From positions 51,394-71,393 of the IMG/VR virus record IMGVR_UViG_3300042882_000732: a DNA stretch of 20,000 nucleotides, one strand, 5' to 3'. Positions 17,262-20,000 of the stretch are shown here, piece by piece. Positions within the stretch are counted from its first letter, which is position 1; every line of letters starts with the position of its first letter. Position numbers and translations under genes: made by a program. Source of the DNA: an uncultured virus (IMG/VR IMGVR_UViG_3300042882_000732). Lineage: Duplodnaviria > Heunggongvirae > Uroviricota > Caudoviricetes. Under the pieces are notes generated by a model, which saw only the letters and a program-made list of their open reading frames with translations, was not told the origin of the DNA and did no database searches.

Positions 17262-17561
17262 ATGAGCAGTACGAAGCGTGAAATGATTGAGCGGATTGCG
17301 GAGCGGGTGGGTGTGACGGGCGAGCAGGCTCGTGAGATCGTGCAAGCCACACTAGACAACATGATCGAAACGCTCTCTACCACTGGTCGCATCGAACTTC
17401 GCAACTTCGGTGTGTTCGTAGTCAAGAGGGTCGCCCCTCGCAACGCTCGCAATCCTCGAACGGGTGAGAGTGTGATGGTGTCCGCTCACAACGTGGTCAG
17501 GTTCAAGGCGGGTAAGGTGATGGATGCAGCAATCCAGAACGATTCGCTACAACCGGCTTGA
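17262..17561 (+). CDS. IHF/HU-family DNA-bending protein
   Basis: TKREMIERIA...RIELRNFGVF...ARNPRTGE...VRFKAGK signature. Confidence 0.93.
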   Translation: MSSTKREMIERIAERVGVTGEQAREIVQATLDNMIETLSTTGRIELRNFGVFVVKRVAPRNARNPRTGESVMVSAHNVVRFKAGKVMDAAIQNDSLQPA

Positions 17562-17697
17562 GTAAGTCAGGGCTTATTTTGTATCACCACAACCTACAGG
17601 GTTGGCAAGGTGGGCTATAGTCAGCGTAAATGTAGGCAAAACGTAAAATGGAGGGGCCCGATTTTTCATAAAAGATTGTGCGATAAGTACTTGCGAA

Positions 17698-17764
17698 CCT
17701 TACAGTATTGTAAGGAAAAATATTCACGATTACCCCTTGCATTGGCCGATAATGTATGTATAAT
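17698..17764 (+). promoter_or_regulatory. Palindromic operator plus overlapping sigma28-like/sigma70 promoters
   Basis: CCTTACA-GTAT-TGTAAGG (17698); TCACG-16-GCCGATAA; TTGCAT(17737)-16-TATAAT. Confidence 0.65.
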
Positions 17765-17803
17765 CGTGGCATGATGATCGCGACCACCAACGGAGAGCAT
17801 AAG

Positions 17804-17989
17804 ATGCTGAACGACTTCGACGAAGTGAATGGTGTTCTGGCCGACCTTGCCGAGCGGGGTATCGTCGAGCCTATGGTCGAGCCGATTGATGATCCCAATA
17901 TGGAGATCAACTACTGGGATTGGGCAGATATTGTGGGTATTGTTGACGAGTTGACTCCGAATGAACCATTTTGGGCAAATATATACTAA
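17804..17989 (+). CDS. Acidic small protein
   Basis: MLNDFDEVNGVLADL...; RBS GGAGAG; start reassigned from 17756. Confidence 0.65.
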   Translation: MLNDFDEVNGVLADLAERGIVEPMVEPIDDPNMEINYWDWADIVGIVDELTPNEPFWANIY

Positions 17990-18054
17990 TGAACGCTCTT
18001 CTTTTTATCGTGGCATATATTGGATTGTGTTTTTGTGTTCTTTGTAAGGATTAG
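17989..18054 (+). CDS. 21-aa hydrophobic micropeptide
   Basis: MNALLFIVAYIGLCFCVLCKD; TAATG coupling; fills the gap between neighbouring ORFs. Confidence 0.5.
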   Translation: MNALLFIVAYIGLCFCVLCKD

Positions 18055-18056
18055 TT

Positions 18057-18326
18057 ATGAGTCACCCTGATCCTTTGTTCGATCCCGATAACTCTTATGA
18101 GGATGATGACATGAGCAGTCACTTTGACGATTATCAATATGATTACCATGACGCTTTCTATGGCGAAGATAGTTCGGCCTATCATGCCGATGCTGATCAC
18201 GATGACGATTACTCTGATCACTATGATGACAGCATGGATGGAGATCACGACAGCGCTATGGGGTCAGTAGGCTGGGCCGAAGATGAATACTATAATCCTT
18301 CAATGGATGACTATGGTGACTGGTGA
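18057..18326 (+). CDS. Asp/Tyr/His-rich acidic protein
   Basis: 89 aa with no Lys or Arg; RBS AAGGA. Confidence 0.7.
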   Translation: MSHPDPLFDPDNSYEDDDMSSHFDDYQYDYHDAFYGEDSSAYHADADHDDDYSDHYDDSMDGDHDSAMGSVGWAEDEYYNPSMDDYGDW

Positions 18327-18709
18327 TTATGTAATATATTATGACAATTATGGCATAAGCATATACATTTGTTTATTTCTGTCATGATAGTATCCCACCC
18401 GTGTTTTTTACCAACCAACTGAATAACTCCATTTTTCTTTTGTGATGGGTCGGTATGATGCCATACGAGAGAGCGAGAATCATCATATCCACAATGTAAG
18501 CAAGATTTATCTTTCATGTATTCATCATATAGAATCCTTATTTTATTTCTACGACTTTTAGAATACTGATTGATTTTATCTTTTGTTTTTGATCTATATT
18601 CCGATTGTTTTTGGTTCACCATAGACCTATGTTTGCTCTTGTATCTTTGGTTTCTAATCTTGTAAGACTCTTTATTTCGCTGATATTCTTGTGGATCATA
18701 TTTTGCCAT
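18311..18709 (-). CDS. Free-standing HNH (homing-type) endonuclease
   Basis: CLHCG...LVWHH.DP...KCICLCHNCH with a basic N-terminal helix; opposite strand to neighbours; AT-rich. Confidence 0.85.
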   Translation of the reverse strand: MAKYDPQEYQRNKESYKIRNQRYKSKHRSMVNQKQSEYRSKTKDKINQYSKSRRNKIRILYDEYMKDKSCLHCGYDDSRSLVWHHTDPSQKKNGVIQLVGKKHGWDTIMTEINKCICLCHNCHNILHNHQSP

Positions 18710-18736
18710 AGTACTCGTCTCCGGTATGGAAATGTA

Positions 18737-18754
18737 GACTATGGTTTATACACC
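18737..18754 (-). promoter_or_regulatory. Candidate late promoter for the HNH gene
   Basis: Minus strand GGTGTATAAACCATAGTC. Confidence 0.5.
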
Positions 18755-18876
18755 AATATTATAAGAATCTAACTACTTGTTGCATAAGACTTTACGACGA
18801 ATCGGGCCGCACGATCTTGACGTAAACTCTTTAGGCTCAACGACTTAAAGCAACTCTAGAATCTTTTATTTTGTTG

Positions 18877-18913
18877 TTGACTTCTAAAGTTTCTTCCTGT
18901 ATAATGTCGATAC
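18877..18913 (+). promoter_or_regulatory. Overlapping sigma70/sigma28-like promoters
   Basis: TTGACT-17-TATAAT; TAAAG(18885)-16-GTCGATAC, reading TAAAGTTT at the -35. Confidence 0.75.
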
Positions 18914-18931
18914 AAAGGAAAAGGAAAACAA

Positions 18932-19051
18932 ATGTTTGGACTGGTATTTTTGGCGATTTTCGGTTATATGATGTATATCGAAATCGTAACCTTTTTTGAG
19001 AATCGACGAGACGAAAAAAGAATCCGCGAATATTTTAAGAATCGCGGTTGA
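18932..19051 (+). CDS. 39-aa single-TM microprotein
   Basis: MFGLVFLAIFGYMMYIEIVTFFENRRDEKRIREYFKNRG; RBS AAGGA; stop overlaps the next -35. Confidence 0.65.
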   Translation: MFGLVFLAIFGYMMYIEIVTFFENRRDEKRIREYFKNRG

Positions 19052-19075
19052 CAAAGCCGATAAGTAGAGTATACT
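19035..19075 (+). promoter_or_regulatory. Overlapping sigma28-like/sigma70 promoters
   Basis: TTAAG-16-GCCGATAA; TTGACA(19048)-16-TATACT. Confidence 0.75.
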
Positions 19076-19102
19076 TAGAACATCACCCAGAAGGAAAAGA
19101 AC

Positions 19103-19414
19103 ATGACTCACGCTGAAGCAGTTTCTATGGTTCGTGGCAAGCGGAATAAGGACAGCCGCAAGGTGGGAAACAACACCTACGCTGAAATCCTGCCGTGTGG
19201 ATCGGTTGGTATTTTGCTCCACAGCACCTATGTGGTAAAGATTCATGCTGACAATACCTATACCCTCCAGACTGGGGGTTGGCAAACCAGTACCACCAAG
19301 GATAGAATCAACCAGTATAGCCCCGTTCGTGTGTACCAGCACAAGTATGAGTGGTTCGTGAAACTGAATGGTAAGGAATATCCTTTTATGGAAGGAATGG
19401 TGGTGGGAGGATGA
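19103..19414 (+). CDS. Hypothetical phage early protein
   Basis: 103 aa, with GGWQTSTTKDRIN motif; promoter and RBS upstream. Confidence 0.75.
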   Translation: MTHAEAVSMVRGKRNKDSRKVGNNTYAEILPCGSVGILLHSTYVVKIHADNTYTLQTGGWQTSTTKDRINQYSPVRVYQHKYEWFVKLNGKEYPFMEGMVVGG

Positions 19415-19491
19415 TTTTATATCTCGCGGGTTTATATGGTGTTATTTTACTAAATACTTTTCTTTGTTGGATCATAGAAGAATGTCGCTAG
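19411..19491 (+). CDS. 26-aa hydrophobic micropeptide
   Basis: MILYLAGLYGVILLNTFLCWIIEECR; ATGA overlap with upstream gene. Confidence 0.5.
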   Translation: MILYLAGLYGVILLNTFLCWIIEECR

Positions 19492-19547
19492 TTATTGCTA
19501 CTATGTTTCTTTTTGGTTTATTTATATCTTTGTTTTTTATTACTTAA
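19482..19547 (+). CDS. 21-aa hydrophobic micropeptide
   Basis: MSLVIATMFLFGLFISLFFIT; overlaps previous ORF; weak RBS. Confidence 0.4.
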   Translation: MSLVIATMFLFGLFISLFFIT

Positions 19548-19561
19548 GTAAGGAGCCATGG

Positions 19562-19672
19562 ATGGCCGATATATATTTAGACTGGAATAGTTTCGGTGCT
19601 GGATTTATTGCTGGCCTTGTGTGTTCTTGGTTTGTTTGTGACCTGGTTTTTCCTACTGTAAAAAAGGATTAG
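19562..19672 (+). CDS. 36-aa single-TM micropeptide
   Basis: MADIYLDWNSFGAGFIAGLVCSWFVCDLVFPTVKKD; RBS AAGGAG. Confidence 0.6.
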   Translation: MADIYLDWNSFGAGFIAGLVCSWFVCDLVFPTVKKD

Positions 19673-19674
19673 GT

Positions 19675-19752
19675 ATGAAAGATGGGGATGCTATTGTTTT
19701 ATCTATTGCGTTTGTCTTCGGATGTATCGCGGCGTGGGTGGTAAACTACTAG
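19675..19752 (+). CDS. 25-aa hydrophobic micropeptide
   Basis: MKDGDAIVLSIAFVFGCIAAWVVNY; RBS AAGGA. Confidence 0.55.
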   Translation: MKDGDAIVLSIAFVFGCIAAWVVNY

Positions 19753-19763
19753 GAGACTAAAAA

Positions 19764-19829
19764 ATGTTCTATGGTATTCCTATGATTGTTGAAGTTTTAA
19801 AGAAAATGAACGACTCTAAGGCCAAGTGA
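19764..19829 (+). CDS. 21-aa micropeptide
   Basis: MFYGIPMIVEVLKKMNDSKAK; RBS AGGAG; stop abuts a palindrome pair. Confidence 0.5.
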   Translation: MFYGIPMIVEVLKKMNDSKAK

Positions 19830-19929
19830 TCTAAAGCCTTGATGCGTAAGAGTTTACGCCAAGGCCCAGCGGACGCATTTGACGCAAACTATTGAGACAC
19901 AACAACTTACGATTTTCAAAAAAATATGC

Positions 19930-19966
19930 TTGACTTCTAAAGTTTAGGCTGGTAGAATACCGATAT
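19930..19966 (+). promoter_or_regulatory. Overlapping sigma70/sigma28-like promoters for an ORF starting at 19991
   Basis: TTGACT-17-TAGAAT; TAAAG(19938)-16-ACCGATAT; leader resembles the one before 16461. Confidence 0.7.
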
Positions 19967-20000
19967 AAAGAGTAAGAAAGAGAGTGAAAAATGTTGAGTG

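Larger units (their letters stand above)
13761..19911. repeat. Family of 13 imperfect 29-bp palindromes (11-7-11) at 8 intergenic loci
   Basis: Starts 13761, 14374, 15270/15323, 16100/16153, 17037/17090, 17667, 18768/18821, 19830/19883; approximate consensus CGTAAAnnnTT-GnnnnnY-AAnnnYTTACG. Confidence 0.9.

Noticed and set aside
13820..19342. Minus-strand ORFs in the early region other than the HNH, and alternative-frame ORFs 15081 and 15913
   Set aside because: They cross promoters/repeats or overlap plus-strand genes that have clear promoters and RBSs.
15270..19911. Palindrome pairs as CRISPR mini-arrays
   Set aside because: Copies are too divergent, never more than two in tandem, linkers resemble each other, and no cas genes are present.
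13761..19911. Canonical integron attC or XerCD dif sites
   Set aside because: No consistent RYYYAAC/GTTRRRY ends; the core is 7 bp rather than 6 and the arms do not match the dif consensus.
1..20000. Stop-codon reassignment, introns/inteins, tRNA genes
   Set aside because: Core genes are uninterrupted in the standard code with TAA, TAG and TGA all used as stops; no intein or cloverleaf recognised by eye.

Overview
Part of a large tailed dsDNA phage genome, in two blocks. (1) 1-12474, minus strand, AT-rich late/packaging block: truncated sigma-like factor, TerS candidate, GDP-mannose 4,6-dehydratase, HNH, ERCC4-type nuclease, terminase large subunit, portal, protease/scaffold, decoration protein, major capsid protein, head-tail and fibre-type proteins. 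A divergent HTH + speD-like pair follows. (2) About 13750-20000, plus strand: an early-type region of about eight cassettes. Each opens with a 29-bp imperfect palindrome (five times as a pair exactly 53 bp apart). Most then carry stacked motifs matching three sigma classes (sigma54 -24/-12, sigma28-like, sigma70) and drive tiny ORFs: three paralogous AP2-like microproteins, very acidic proteins, single-helix hydrophobic micropeptides and an IHF/HU. This cassette architecture is the most unusual feature. All protein calls are motif recognition by eye; no searches were run.
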